Origin: Promethearchaeota archaeon
GTDB lineage: Archaea; Asgardarchaeota; Lokiarchaeia; Sigyniarchaeales; SOKP01
Direction of reading: 5' to 3'
Length of the DNA: 38,092 bases
NCBI GenBank assembly: GCA_016930515.1
Contig: JAFGGO010000070.1
Coordinates: 1-38,092, forward strand
Part shown: one piece after another, positions 18,529 to 28,269 of the stretch
How the letters are laid out: each line of letters begins with the position of its first letter
How positions within the stretch are numbered: the first letter of the stretch is position 1
Notes under the pieces: model-generated
Database searches by the model: none
Seen by the model: the letters and a program-made list of their open reading frames with translations, nothing else
What the model was told of the DNA's origin: nothing
Position numbers and translations under genes: made by a program

Positions 18529-19770
18529 TTATAGATTTCCTCTTAGAATGTGCTGGGAGATAATAGATTTCATAATCTCGCTAGTTCCTTCGTAGATCTC
18601 ACATGCTTTTGCGTCCCGGTAATAACGTTCGAGGGGAAGGTCTTTCATATACCCGTATCCGCCGTGAATTTGAATAGATTCTTCAACAACTTCTCGAGCG
18701 ACCTTACTTGCGATGTATTTGCTCATTGCGGCTTCTTTTGAAAAGTTTATTCCCTTATCTCTCATAAAAGCCGTTTTCTGGATTATCAATCGGGTAGTTT
18801 CGATTTTAGTGCTCATCTCCGCCAATTTAAACGATATTGCTTGAAAGTTTGAAATGGATTTTCCAAATTGGATTCGACTGTTGGCGTAATTAACGGAATG
18901 TTCATAGGCAGCTTGGGCAATCCCTAATGATTGAGCTGCGATACCAACGCGCCCATAATCCAAGGCGTTCAATGCAATCTTAAACCCATCGGAAGGAGCT
19001 CCAAGCATATTTTCCTTTGGTACACGAATATTGTTGAAATAAATGCTTGATGTGTCGGATCCTCTCATTCCCATCTTGTCTTCTTTTTTACCAACTTCGT
19101 ATCCATCCATGTCGCTCTCGAGAATGAAGGCGGCCAAGCCTTTATCTCCGTTCTCCATTTTACATTTTGAAATTGCCAAGAGAGTCGATGCAATTCCACC
19201 ATTCGTTATGAATATTTTTGAACCATTCAATATAAACCCTTCGCCATCTTGAACGGCGAGAGAATTTATTCCTCCTGCATCAGAACCAGCGTTGGGTTCC
19301 GTTAATGCAAAAGCACATATCTTTTTACCGCAGGAAATATCGGGAAGGTATCTTTTCTTCTGCTCTTCTGTGCCCCATTTAAAAATTGGATACGCTCCTA
19401 AAGAATTGTGTGCGCTTACATTAAGCGCTGTAGAGGCGCAAATTCTAGAAATTTCTTCGATAGTAATTGCATAACTAATAGTATCTAATTCAGCACCGCC
19501 ATATTTTTCGGGTATTTGTATACCCCAAGCGTTTATCTTTGAAAGCTCTGCTGCGGTTTCCCAACTAAATCGGGCTTTTTCATCAGCGATCTTGGCGATT
19601 GGTCCAAGTACGCTCTCTGCAAAATTCCTAACGCTTTTTTTTAATAATTTGAGTTGTTCATTATATTCAAAATTTAAACTTGGCGAATAAGTAAAATCAA
19701 TTCCACGATTCGCCCTTATACCAATTGATACTCGACTAATACCATGTTTGATATCCTTGGATGCTGCCAT
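18529..19770 (-). CDS. Short/branched-chain acyl-CoA dehydrogenase
   Basis: FALTEPNAGSDA, LNGSKIFITNG, KMGMRGS, GRVGIAAQ, QIHGGYGY, IYEGTSEI; AAGGAG RBS at 19781-19786; stop abuts the etfB start. Confidence 0.93.
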   Translation of the reverse strand: MAASKDIKHGISRVSIGIRANRGIDFTYSPSLNFEYNEQLKLLKKSVRNFAESVLGPIAKIADEKARFSWETAAELSKINAWGIQIPEKYGGAELDTISYAITIEEISRICASTALNVSAHNSLGAYPIFKWGTEEQKKRYLPDISCGKKICAFALTEPNAGSDAGGINSLAVQDGEGFILNGSKIFITNGGIASTLLAISKCKMENGDKGLAAFILESDMDGYEVGKKEDKMGMRGSDTSSIYFNNIRVPKENMLGAPSDGFKIALNALDYGRVGIAAQSLGIAQAAYEHSVNYANSRIQFGKSISNFQAISFKLAEMSTKIETTRLIIQKTAFMRDKGINFSKEAAMSKYIASKVAREVVEESIQIHGGYGYMKDLPLERYYRDAKACEIYEGTSEIMKSIISQHILRGNL

Positions 19771-19778
19771 TTTTAATT

Positions 19779-19908
19779 GTCTCCTTTACATTCTATAGTA
19801 ATTGTTGCACGGGAAAGCAATTTCCATGGCTCTTTCTAATTTTTTATATCTTTGCTCCGAGAAAGCAAATCCGTTCAAAACAGAAAGAGACTTGGATGAG
19901 CTTTCTCG
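19779..19908 (-). promoter_or_regulatory. Structured leader with alternative helices (candidate attenuator / RBS-sequestering switch)
   Basis: mRNA sense: CGAGAAAGC (19908-19900) pairs perfectly with GCUUUCUCG (19866-19858). GUCUCUUU(CU) (19891-19882) can pair with either AGAAAGAG (19837-19830) or the RBS AAGGAGAC (19786-19779). A further hairpin CAUGGAAA/UUUCCCGUG lies at ~19828-19808. Confidence 0.55.
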
Positions 19909-19910
19909 TT

Positions 19911-19988
19911 TTATAATAATACTACTACCACTACATCTACTAAGGAAATCGATGATAGGGTTTTGTAGGTAGTACTATTAATAACCAT
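19911..19988 (-). CDS. Putative leader peptide MVINSTTYKTLSSISLVDVVVVVLL (25 aa)
   Basis: ATG 19988 to TAA 19911; ends TTA GTA GAT GTA GTG GTA GTA GTA TTA TTA TAA; ATG lies 26 nt below a BRE-TATA. Confidence 0.6.
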   Translation of the reverse strand: MVINSTTYKTLSSISLVDVVVVVLL

Positions 19989-20013
19989 TATAATAATACA
20001 ATAAGCGCCCTAT

Positions 20014-20028
20014 TTTATAAATTTTTCG
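20014..20028 (-). promoter_or_regulatory. Archaeal BRE + TATA promoter of the leader-ACAD-etfBA operon
   Basis: Minus strand reads CGAAAAA-TTTATAAA, a close match to the archaeal BRE/TATA consensus. Confidence 0.65.
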
Positions 20029-20153
20029 AAAACAGCTAAAACTCAGCATTGTTGTATTGATTCCGATCATTTTTTGATAGATTTTGATAAAAAAAGAATA
20101 GAAAAAAATATGAAGAGAGAAGAACAAATTATATTTTTTAATAATTAATAAGT

Positions 20154-21302
20154 CTAAATATTTCCTCTAAGAATTTGTTGGGAAATGATGAGTTTCATGA
20201 TCTCGCTCGTGCCCTCATATATAGAAGTCACAATAGCGTCCCGAACATAGCGCTCGATGGGTAAGTCTTTCATATAACCGTATCCTCCGTGGATTTGAAG
20301 AGCATCTAGGGTAACCTTTTTAGCAATATCGCCAGCATAATATTTGCACATGGCAGATTCCTTGGAAAAGCGTTCCTTTGTGTCTTTCGCATGAGCCGCT
20401 CGATACACCAGAAGCCTGGCAGCGTCTACTTCAGTCGCCATCTCAGCCAGCTTGAACGATACTCCTTGGAACGAGGATATTGGCTTTTTAAATTGCACTC
20501 TCCCTTTTGCATATTCCACCGAATGCTCGAGTGCGGCTTGAGCAATGCCCAACGCTTGGGCAGCTATACCGATTCGCCCAACATCAAGAGTGTGCATTGC
20601 TATCTTGAATCCATCAGATTCTTTTCCCAATATATTTTCTTTTGGTATTCTAACATCATTGAAATACAAGCTCGTCGTTAAGTTGCTCCTAACACCTAGT
20701 TTGTCTTCTTTCTTTCCAATCTCGTAACCCTTCATATCTTTTTCGACAAGTATTGCGGCCATCCCAGTTTCGCCGTTTTTTTTTTTATATTTAGTTCCAA
20801 CAAGTAAGACTGAAGCAACACCACCATTTGTGACGAATATTTTTGAACCGTTCAGAATATAATCATTCTCGTCTTCGATCGCCATACATTCAATACCAGC
20901 AGCATCAGAACCAGCGTTTGGTTCCGTCCATGTGAATCCTGTTATCTTTTTTCCAGAAGCAATGTCGTACAAGAATCTTTCTTTTTGGTCTTCCGTACCC
21001 CATTTCAAGATAGGATAAGCTCCAACTGAATTGTGCACTGTCAAGCCCAATCCAGTTGCCCCGCACACTCGTGAAATCTCTTCAATGGTAATAGCATAGC
21101 TAATGGAATCTAAATCGGCACCGCCATATTTTTCGGGTAGTTGAATTCCCCAGGCATTTATTTTCGAAAGCTCATTTGCTGCTTCCCAAGAGAATATTGC
21201 GTCTCTATCTACAGATGAGGCTAAGGGACCGAGAACGTCCTCAGAAAAAGCTCTCACGCTGTTTCTTACCAACTTTTGCTTTTCTGTAAGTTCAAAATTC
21301 AA
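20154..21302 (-). CDS. Short/branched-chain acyl-CoA dehydrogenase (paralog of 18529-19770)
   Basis: TEPNAGSDA, LNGSKIFVTNG, GRIGIAAQ, QIHGGYGY, IYEGTSEI; TTG start about 22 nt below a TATA-like tract (probably leaderless). Confidence 0.93.
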   Translation of the reverse strand: MNFELTEKQKLVRNSVRAFSEDVLGPLASSVDRDAIFSWEAANELSKINAWGIQLPEKYGGADLDSISYAITIEEISRVCGATGLGLTVHNSVGAYPILKWGTEDQKERFLYDIASGKKITGFTWTEPNAGSDAAGIECMAIEDENDYILNGSKIFVTNGGVASVLLVGTKYKKKNGETGMAAILVEKDMKGYEIGKKEDKLGVRSNLTTSLYFNDVRIPKENILGKESDGFKIAMHTLDVGRIGIAAQALGIAQAALEHSVEYAKGRVQFKKPISSFQGVSFKLAEMATEVDAARLLVYRAAHAKDTKERFSKESAMCKYYAGDIAKKVTLDALQIHGGYGYMKDLPIERYVRDAIVTSIYEGTSEIMKLIISQQILRGNI

Positions 21303-21458
21303 GAGTAAAAACCTTTTACTTGCTATATATCACATTATGAAAGTCTCTTAAAATAATAAAAATTATCGAATTGGATTGTATAAAATCATTGAATTATCTC
21401 GAGTGAAAAGATAATCGAAAGCAAAAATTAAAAATCATTCACACCTATTCTAGGTAAT

Positions 21459-21887
21459 ATGACTGAAATTACTACTACGATAAACAGCGAAGCACCAGAC
21501 ACCACGCTTGGACAAAAGAATAAGAGAATAAAGGGAATTCTTAGTGCTATTGTGTATGCATTAACTGCCGCAGCATACATTGTCATTCCTACAAAATTAA
21601 TATCAAATTACTGGATGTGGCTTAACGAGTTTAATATTAACGGAAAGCCCGTTTACACATTAGCTCTTCTAATGCTATTCTTGTATATAATTACCTGGGT
21701 TATCGCCGTAGTCTATATCGCAGCAACAGTTCGAGCCATTGTTCAAGGAAAAAACTCCGATTTGGGTATCTCTAAAGGGATTCAGTGGTTTGGAGCGATT
21801 TCCACGGCATTTATGGCCTGTTTCTTTATATTATGGTTTGTATTAACCGGTGGTCAGATTGCAATATTTTCACTAACACCTCCGTAA
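21459..21887 (+). CDS. Hypothetical membrane protein (3 TM)
   Basis: Three hydrophobic helices; no recognised family. Confidence 0.6.
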   Translation: MTEITTTINSEAPDTTLGQKNKRIKGILSAIVYALTAAAYIVIPTKLISNYWMWLNEFNINGKPVYTLALLMLFLYIITWVIAVVYIAATVRAIVQGKNSDLGISKGIQWFGAISTAFMACFFILWFVLTGGQIAIFSLTPP

Positions 21888-21896
21888 AGCTTAAGG

Positions 21897-23006
21897 TCAA
21901 TTAGTACGATTTTTCAGAAATAAAGATTTGATAAATTTAACAATTTGAATTGTTGCTTCTTCCGATTCAGGTATGGATGTATCGAACGCTTGCCAGACAT
22001 GTGCCATATCGTTCCATTCTTGGAGGTTTACTTTAACGCCATCTTTTTTTGCCTTTTCCGCAAATCTCGTTGAATGGTCGTAAAGCATTTCAGTCTTGCT
22101 TACTTGAAGTAATAAAGGCGGTAGCCCGTTTAAATTAGCCTTTAATGGGGATATATAAGGATTATTAGGATCTGTTTTACCCAAGTAGGCATGATCCCAC
22201 CAGAAAACTCCACCATCCGCTAACAATGGGTCGGTCTCCTTGTTTTCATACATGCTCTTTGAACTCAAGGTATAATCGAGAATGGGTGATAACGCAAACG
22301 CACCTACAGGCATTTGTTCTTTTTGGTCTCTAAGTTTTAACAGTGTGGACATTGTTAAATTTCCTCCAGCAGAATCTCCCCCAATTATAATATTTTTAGA
22401 ATCGTAACCATTATCAAGTAGCCATTTATAAGCTGAAACGCAATCGTTTAATCCCTCAGGAAAGGGATGTTCGGGAGCAAGACTGTAATTAACACTAAGG
22501 ACTTTAACCTCTGCCATCCTGCTTAGATCAACGGTAAACAACCGATAGGACTTTGAAGACAACATCAGCTGTCCTCCCCCGTGGAAATATAGTAATACTC
22601 GATCTTTTTTAGCTCCAGAATGAATATTCCATTCTGCATTTATTTCATTAATTTTGACATGTTTTACCAATACATTGTTGGGAATAGGATGTTTTTTCAG
22701 CAAGCGCTCAGCAAGTGCGTTTCCTATATAACGATACATTCTTGCCAAAAACACTTGTTCATCGTAGGAAAGCAAATCATATAATTCAACGATTGTATTG
22801 GCGTTATTAGGAAGCCTTTTGAAAAATTCTTCTTTTCCATGTGCAACTTTCTTCATATATTCGTTAAGATCCTTGCCCTTGTTTTCTTCGAGTTCAAGAA
22901 AATCCCGAGTTGCCTTCTTTCGAATGAAATTCATTTTATCAACGGAAGTAAGAACGTCTTCTCTTATTCGCGACCTGTTAAATATTGGCATTCGTATTGT
23001 TTTCAT
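21897..23006 (-). CDS. Alpha/beta hydrolase, HSL-family esterase/lipase
   Basis: YFHGGG oxyanion motif, LAPEHPFP, GDSAGG nucleophile, PYISPL, MAHVWQ. Confidence 0.92.
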   Translation of the reverse strand: MKTIRMPIFNRSRIREDVLTSVDKMNFIRKKATRDFLELEENKGKDLNEYMKKVAHGKEEFFKRLPNNANTIVELYDLLSYDEQVFLARMYRYIGNALAERLLKKHPIPNNVLVKHVKINEINAEWNIHSGAKKDRVLLYFHGGGQLMLSSKSYRLFTVDLSRMAEVKVLSVNYSLAPEHPFPEGLNDCVSAYKWLLDNGYDSKNIIIGGDSAGGNLTMSTLLKLRDQKEQMPVGAFALSPILDYTLSSKSMYENKETDPLLADGGVFWWDHAYLGKTDPNNPYISPLKANLNGLPPLLLQVSKTEMLYDHSTRFAEKAKKDGVKVNLQEWNDMAHVWQAFDTSIPESEEATIQIVKFIKSLFLKNRTN

Positions 23007-23327
23007 AATGCATTACCGATAGTGTGTAAGATGATCTATTTTTGCGATTATTTCAGTCTTATTCTTATAAAATCTAAAAAAACCATGCGTTTTTTTTATA
23101 ATATGAATAATTCATTAAAATATTTTATTAATTTTTAGGATTCTTCTTCTTAGATCTAAGCTTTTATTATTTATACATAAGTTTTATTAAAAATTATTAT
23201 AATTTTTCATCGTGATTGTAAAAGCGAAAATTTGACATATTATTTAAAATTCTTTTCTGTCCCATAAAAATTAATAAATAATTTCTTTAAAGTATGTTAA
23301 AATTATGACGAATTTAGAATTCTAAAT

Positions 23328-24536
23328 TCATTTTATCAATATTTTTAAAATTTTTAAAAGGAGATTCGGATGCCTCCTAACAAATCCGAGTAAAAATTTC
23401 AATACATTCCTATCCTTAATTAATTTAAAAATAACCTTTTTAGGAAAATCCATATCACCGTAAAGCGAAATTGAATTTACGACATTATTAGTATTTAATA
23501 TAGTGAAAAAGTTTTCATAGTCGCGATAACTAAAATAGTTCAGGATGGTCCTGATTATGAAATGTAATTTCAATTGCCTTCCAATTGCCTTTAAACAAGG
23601 TTTTTGATAATGCTTGATGGCAAAGTATTTAGAAAAGTTGTTGTTCAAGAATGAATTAATAATGCAATTTGCTGCGAATTTTGCACAGATTAGCAACATT
23701 ACAACACCCCCTCCGGTTGTGGCTTTCACATGACAAGCAGAATCGCCGAGCAACAAGATATTCTTAAAAGCGATCTTATTCATGGCCCCGATCGGAATGA
23801 TCCCTCCTTGCCGACTGATTGCGTTCTTGATGTCCAAATTAAAATTATTGAGAATGCGTTTTAGAATTTTCAGAGGATTTTTAGAGGCCGCTAAACCAAT
23901 TCTGAAAATATTTTTTCCTTCGGGAACAATCCAAGCAAATAAATTCTTAATTTGAGGATAAAATAACAATTGAGCCTCGTCCATATCAAAACGAGCATTG
24001 ATTCGAACTTGCGTGCCGTAAATGATATCGTTGGTTATACCTAATTGTTTTCCGACGGTAGACAACGGACCATCGCATCCAATGAGTATCTTTGATTCGA
24101 TAACCCTTTTCGAAGTTTTGATTTTTAGATTAACGCCTCGTACGGATTTCTGGACTCGTTCGAAAGTTTTAAACCGTTCTCCAAAGAAATATTTCACATT
24201 TTGAACATTCTTGATTTTTTCATAAAATAACTTATCCAATGCGACACGATCGACTATATAGGGTTCTTCATCCCCCGAAAGACGAACGGAATTTCCAGAA
24301 GGAGCTACGAGTCGAGCAAATTTCACCCGGTTTAAAATCGTTTCTTGAGGAAGATCAATTAATGTGGATAATTTCTTGGAAATAATTCCAGCGCATTGAA
24401 AAGGAAGTCCAACTTCATCGTGCTCTTCAATAACAACGATTTTTAAATTGGAATTTGAAAGTAAATAAGCGAGGTAATTTCCGGCAATGCTCGCACCAAT
24501 AATACAAACATCTGCGTATTCATTAGAAGAATCCAT
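23328..24536 (-). CDS. Geranylgeranyl reductase-family FAD oxidoreductase (DGGGPL reductase-like)
   Basis: IIGASIAG, GLPFQCAG, IGCDG, AWIVP, GDSACHVKATTGGG. Confidence 0.85.
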   Translation of the reverse strand: MDSSNEYADVCIIGASIAGNYLAYLLSNSNLKIVVIEEHDEVGLPFQCAGIISKKLSTLIDLPQETILNRVKFARLVAPSGNSVRLSGDEEPYIVDRVALDKLFYEKIKNVQNVKYFFGERFKTFERVQKSVRGVNLKIKTSKRVIESKILIGCDGPLSTVGKQLGITNDIIYGTQVRINARFDMDEAQLLFYPQIKNLFAWIVPEGKNIFRIGLAASKNPLKILKRILNNFNLDIKNAISRQGGIIPIGAMNKIAFKNILLLGDSACHVKATTGGGVVMLLICAKFAANCIINSFLNNNFSKYFAIKHYQKPCLKAIGRQLKLHFIIRTILNYFSYRDYENFFTILNTNNVVNSISLYGDMDFPKKVIFKLIKDRNVLKFLLGFVRRHPNLLLKILKILIK

Positions 24537-24721
24537 CTATGAGACATAAGCATGAAAAAAATTAGTATTTTACTGTTTTAAAATAAAAAGAATATGATTT
24601 CATTGTCAAATAAATGCTACTTTATAACGCTTTTTTTTTAATGCTTGTATTACTTCTTGGATTTGGAGCTCGTTCCCGAATTAATCGTTCAGATTCCTTG
24701 ATTTAAAACCCTTCTTCTAAT

Positions 24722-25720
24722 TTATTTATTTCTATAACCCAAATTCATCATCATCCCATAGGTCGTGCCCAAGGTGATGTTTCTAAGTATTGAGCTATCT
24801 TGTTCCATCCGATCGGTCCTCGTTGCAAGAAAAGGAAGGAGTCTTTCAACCACATATTTTGTGGAGGGATTTTCTCGATAATATTTAATGATTCGGTTTT
24901 GAAAATCTTGCATGAACGAGTAATTATCGTTTAAAAAGTCAATTACGTGTCGTTCGCCATCAATCACGCCAAAATGTCCTAATCCCGCTTTTAACACTCT
25001 CAAATGGATCAACTTTTCTAAACTAGACATGTATTTTTCGTGCTGATAATAAATTGCCATAGAAGTAGACATTGAGATCAAGCGGGAAGAATGATATAAT
25101 GTTCCACCAGCTTCTCCTAAATAAAGGAATTCTATTTCGTCGTTTTCGTTTAAAAATAATGGACATTGATGATCGGGAGTGTGACCCGGAGTACTTAACA
25201 AGGAAAGCCTTATTTTTAAACCGTTAGAAGTAAATTGAATTTCTGATTGTTTTGATAAGGCAAGATCATCAAATTCCGAGCAAGGATTTACAATTTGAAA
25301 CGCATTTACATCAATAGGTTTCATTTCCCCCACATAATCTCCAAAGTTGCGCCTCGCTCGTTGGAGAGGGTACTCGTAATCAAGAAGCAATTCTTTTGTT
25401 TTTTGATTCGTAATAATTTTTACATCTGGGTTGAATTTTTTCACTTTCTCGTACAAAAACCATAAGCCTCCAACATGATCGTAATGATGATGAGTAGTAA
25501 CAAAATAACGCACGGACGATAAAGAAATTTGACATTGTTCGAGATATTTTAATAGATTTGGAACGCATAAAGAAGAACCACAATCCAGAATCACGACTCC
25601 TTCCTCAAATTCCGCCACGAAGCACGAGAGAAAGCCCTCTAGACCATATTCTAAAAGGTCTAGATGGTGGAGATAGTCGTTTATTTTTCCCGACTTAACA
25701 ATGATTGGTGTTTTGATCAT
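24722..25720 (-). CDS. MBL-fold metallo-hydrolase
   Basis: LDCG, THHHYDHVGG, TPGHTPDH, GHFG. Confidence 0.88.
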   Translation of the reverse strand: MIKTPIIVKSGKINDYLHHLDLLEYGLEGFLSCFVAEFEEGVVILDCGSSLCVPNLLKYLEQCQISLSSVRYFVTTHHHYDHVGGLWFLYEKVKKFNPDVKIITNQKTKELLLDYEYPLQRARRNFGDYVGEMKPIDVNAFQIVNPCSEFDDLALSKQSEIQFTSNGLKIRLSLLSTPGHTPDHQCPLFLNENDEIEFLYLGEAGGTLYHSSRLISMSTSMAIYYQHEKYMSSLEKLIHLRVLKAGLGHFGVIDGERHVIDFLNDNYSFMQDFQNRIIKYYRENPSTKYVVERLLPFLATRTDRMEQDSSILRNITLGTTYGMMMNLGYRNK

Positions 25721-25738
25721 GATAAAAAGGAAGTAAGG

Positions 25739-28120
25739 TTAAAGCTTGAGTTTTTTTCTCCAAAATTTTATCTTTTTCAACAGCGATTCTGATTCGTTCT
25801 TGCTCATTTTTCCCTGAGTTTTAATTGAAGTAATACCTAGCTCAATTTGTTTTAAAATGGCAGAATAGCCTAAAATATCGTTTATTTCTCCATGTAATTG
25901 GGATAATGAAGAAGATACTTCAGAACCCGTGAGGTTGTTTACATTTTTCACAATCAAATCGAACATTCGAGTAAGTCGAACTTCTCCAGATAAATTCACG
26001 AGAGAAATATCTTGAAATAAAGCGCTATTTATAGACATTTGAGAACTTACAGGTGCGAGATGAGGCATGGGTGCGGGCGTTGGTTGCGATGTGGGCGTTG
26101 GTTGCGGTTCGGGCGTTGGTTGCGGTTCGGGAGCTGTTTGTGGTGTATTTAACGGTTCATAAGAAGACACGAATTGTGGAGAAGATGTGGGTTGTGGAGG
26201 AGCCGAAGGACGATGGGACGATTTAACGGGAGGTTCTATTACTTCTTGTTTTTCTATGAGCCTTTGTCTCACTATGTCTCTATTAATAGCGGCGGGCATG
26301 GCTCTTAATACGTCTTTTTGAGAGTTTAACCAGGCGTCTTCGAGGTTTGGTACGAATATCTTGATGTGTTCGAGGATTTGGCTTCCTATACCAGCGATTT
26401 CGGTTTCTATTTTTGAACCCACCAGGGTTTTTGATATAACACATAGAATAACTTCTTCGTAATCCCTGTTTATACCCCATATGTTTTGAAGGGCTCGATG
26501 CCTTACAGTCACATTTGGAATTTCGGAAAGTTCTTGGAAGGCTGAAACATGATTTGGTTTAGATAAATCGATGCTGCATGCGATTCTTATGTTCACATGT
26601 TTCTTACAAGAACTGAGCGAATCGATATTAATATCGGTAATCTCGGGAGCAACGATCAATATTTTCGATTTTACTTTTTTGATAACCTCGCTAATGTGAG
26701 CCTTTGCTCCTTCGACTGATCTTATGAACCATATATCTTTCATGGTAAAGGTTGATGTTTTTTTTGCTTGGTCCCAAAATTCTTTCGTGGTGGTCTCGCT
26801 AATTTCCAATCTATTTAGAATATCTCCTAGTACTTGATCGAGCGTGCGAAGAATCTGGTTTGAAAACGTGTCCTGTAAAGTTCCAAAAGATGTCGATATG
26901 CTTTCAGTTATGCCATCGATTTTTTCTTCTGACATTTCAACTGCCCTGCTGAATTTTTGATTCACATCATCAAATAGAGTTTTTAACTCTCCACCCGCTT
27001 TTGAAGTGGTTTCTAAGAGGTTGTCGATGTTCTGAACGCTATTTTCAATAATACCTTTCAGATTCGATATAAAATCGTTGAAAAATCCCTGAATTGAACC
27101 CTTGAGCACATCTTCGGTGACATTTTCGACATCCTTTACTTGCTGGTTCAAGCTATCTTCCATTTGTTTTATCCAAGTGGAAAACACATTTTCTATTACT
27201 TGATCGACCGTTTGTTGGATGACGCCCAAGCGCAATTTTTGGAGGTTCGTGGAAATCTTTGTTTTAACGCCAAGAATTTCCTCTATCAATTCAAGGAATT
27301 GCTTTTTAATAGCTTCGGATACTTTCGTATTGATTACCTTGAATTGCTCCGACAAGACGTTCGTTTGCTGCACGAAGAGTAACTTGGTTTTATCGTCCAG
27401 TCCCGTTATCGTGGTAGATAAGTCCTTTATCTTATCCATTCCAGCCAAGGTATCGTCCATTTCTTGCTTCTGCTGAGCCATGGTGTTGAGGGTATTTGAT
27501 TTTAGATCCTTCATGAAATCTGAATAATCCTTTAAGCGAGTCATGCCTTCGGTCTGGCTTTCTAATTTCTTGAACGACGCTTCCAGCTCTTTTGGAGCGT
27601 GCGTATGAATTTCAGAAATAAAACCATGAAAACTCCTTAGCTGACTAACCAAAGCCGCATAAGGAGGGAGAGGGGCATAATGAGGTGATGCTCCTACAAT
27701 CTCCTTGAATAATCCTTTTTCAACGAACTTTTCGGCGATCATTTGACATTCTTCTTTTGGCTTTTCCATTAAAATGGCAATCTCGCCGAGAGAAAGCACA
27801 TCGCGACCAGTACTCAAGAAATACAAGTTAATCTCCTCGTCGGTGAGTTCTATCTCGGCTAAAGCTTGTTTAACCAGGTCTTCAGAATAACTCACATCCT
27901 TATCAATGATGTCCTCTATTTTGAAATTTTCAATTTCGAGATTCTTGTTTATATAAAGCAACAGCTTGTGAGGTGGAGATTCATGGTTGAATTCCACGAC
28001 AGCGGGAAATTCCTTGATATTCATAAAATCTGCCTTGGTAATCGTGATTCTCTCTTCTTTAAAGCATACCTTGCAGTTAAAGATTAGTTCTATTTCGTTC
28101 TTGTCCTTGAATAAATACAT
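25739..28120 (-). CDS. Multidomain protein: CxxC/His N-terminal module, TrmB-like winged helix, long coiled coil, TrmB/PLD-like domain, Pro-rich linker, helical C-terminus
   Basis: CKVC...HESPPH; LTDEEINLYF...LGEIAILM...FVEKGLF...YAPLPP (TrmB-like HTH); heptad-rich middle; WFIRS...VKSKILIVAP...RDYEEVIL. Confidence 0.55.
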   Translation of the reverse strand: MYLFKDKNEIELIFNCKVCFKEERITITKADFMNIKEFPAVVEFNHESPPHKLLLYINKNLEIENFKIEDIIDKDVSYSEDLVKQALAEIELTDEEINLYFLSTGRDVLSLGEIAILMEKPKEECQMIAEKFVEKGLFKEIVGASPHYAPLPPYAALVSQLRSFHGFISEIHTHAPKELEASFKKLESQTEGMTRLKDYSDFMKDLKSNTLNTMAQQKQEMDDTLAGMDKIKDLSTTITGLDDKTKLLFVQQTNVLSEQFKVINTKVSEAIKKQFLELIEEILGVKTKISTNLQKLRLGVIQQTVDQVIENVFSTWIKQMEDSLNQQVKDVENVTEDVLKGSIQGFFNDFISNLKGIIENSVQNIDNLLETTSKAGGELKTLFDDVNQKFSRAVEMSEEKIDGITESISTSFGTLQDTFSNQILRTLDQVLGDILNRLEISETTTKEFWDQAKKTSTFTMKDIWFIRSVEGAKAHISEVIKKVKSKILIVAPEITDINIDSLSSCKKHVNIRIACSIDLSKPNHVSAFQELSEIPNVTVRHRALQNIWGINRDYEEVILCVISKTLVGSKIETEIAGIGSQILEHIKIFVPNLEDAWLNSQKDVLRAMPAAINRDIVRQRLIEKQEVIEPPVKSSHRPSAPPQPTSSPQFVSSYEPLNTPQTAPEPQPTPEPQPTPTSQPTPAPMPHLAPVSSQMSINSALFQDISLVNLSGEVRLTRMFDLIVKNVNNLTGSEVSSSLSQLHGEINDILGYSAILKQIELGITSIKTQGKMSKNESESLLKKIKFWRKKLKL
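26075..26128. repeat. 3 x 18-bp coding tandem repeat (GGGCGTTGGTTGCG-ATGT/GTTC) encoding EPQPTP-type units
   Basis: Copies at 26075-26092, 26093-26110 and 26111-26128. Confidence 0.9.
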
Positions 28121-28269
28121 TTCTCGTCATCCTTGTAAATGGCTTTTAATTTCTCATACAACTTCAAATAAAATAATTTATATTAACTAAGTTTAAGAAC
28201 AAACTATAATTTAAATGTTAAATTAATCTTGTTTCAATACTTTATTAAATAGTAGTATCCATTTAATTA

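Noticed and set aside
17695-23330. Genome-wide UGA reassignment (Trp/Gly/Cys code)
   Set aside because: TGA serves as a normal terminator at the expected C-termini of etfB (17695), the esterase (21897) and the GGR (23328), and Trp is encoded by TGG.
26075-26128. Tandem repeat as a CRISPR-like array
   Set aside because: No spacers, in-frame 18-bp units inside a CDS encoding a Pro-rich linker, and no cas genes.
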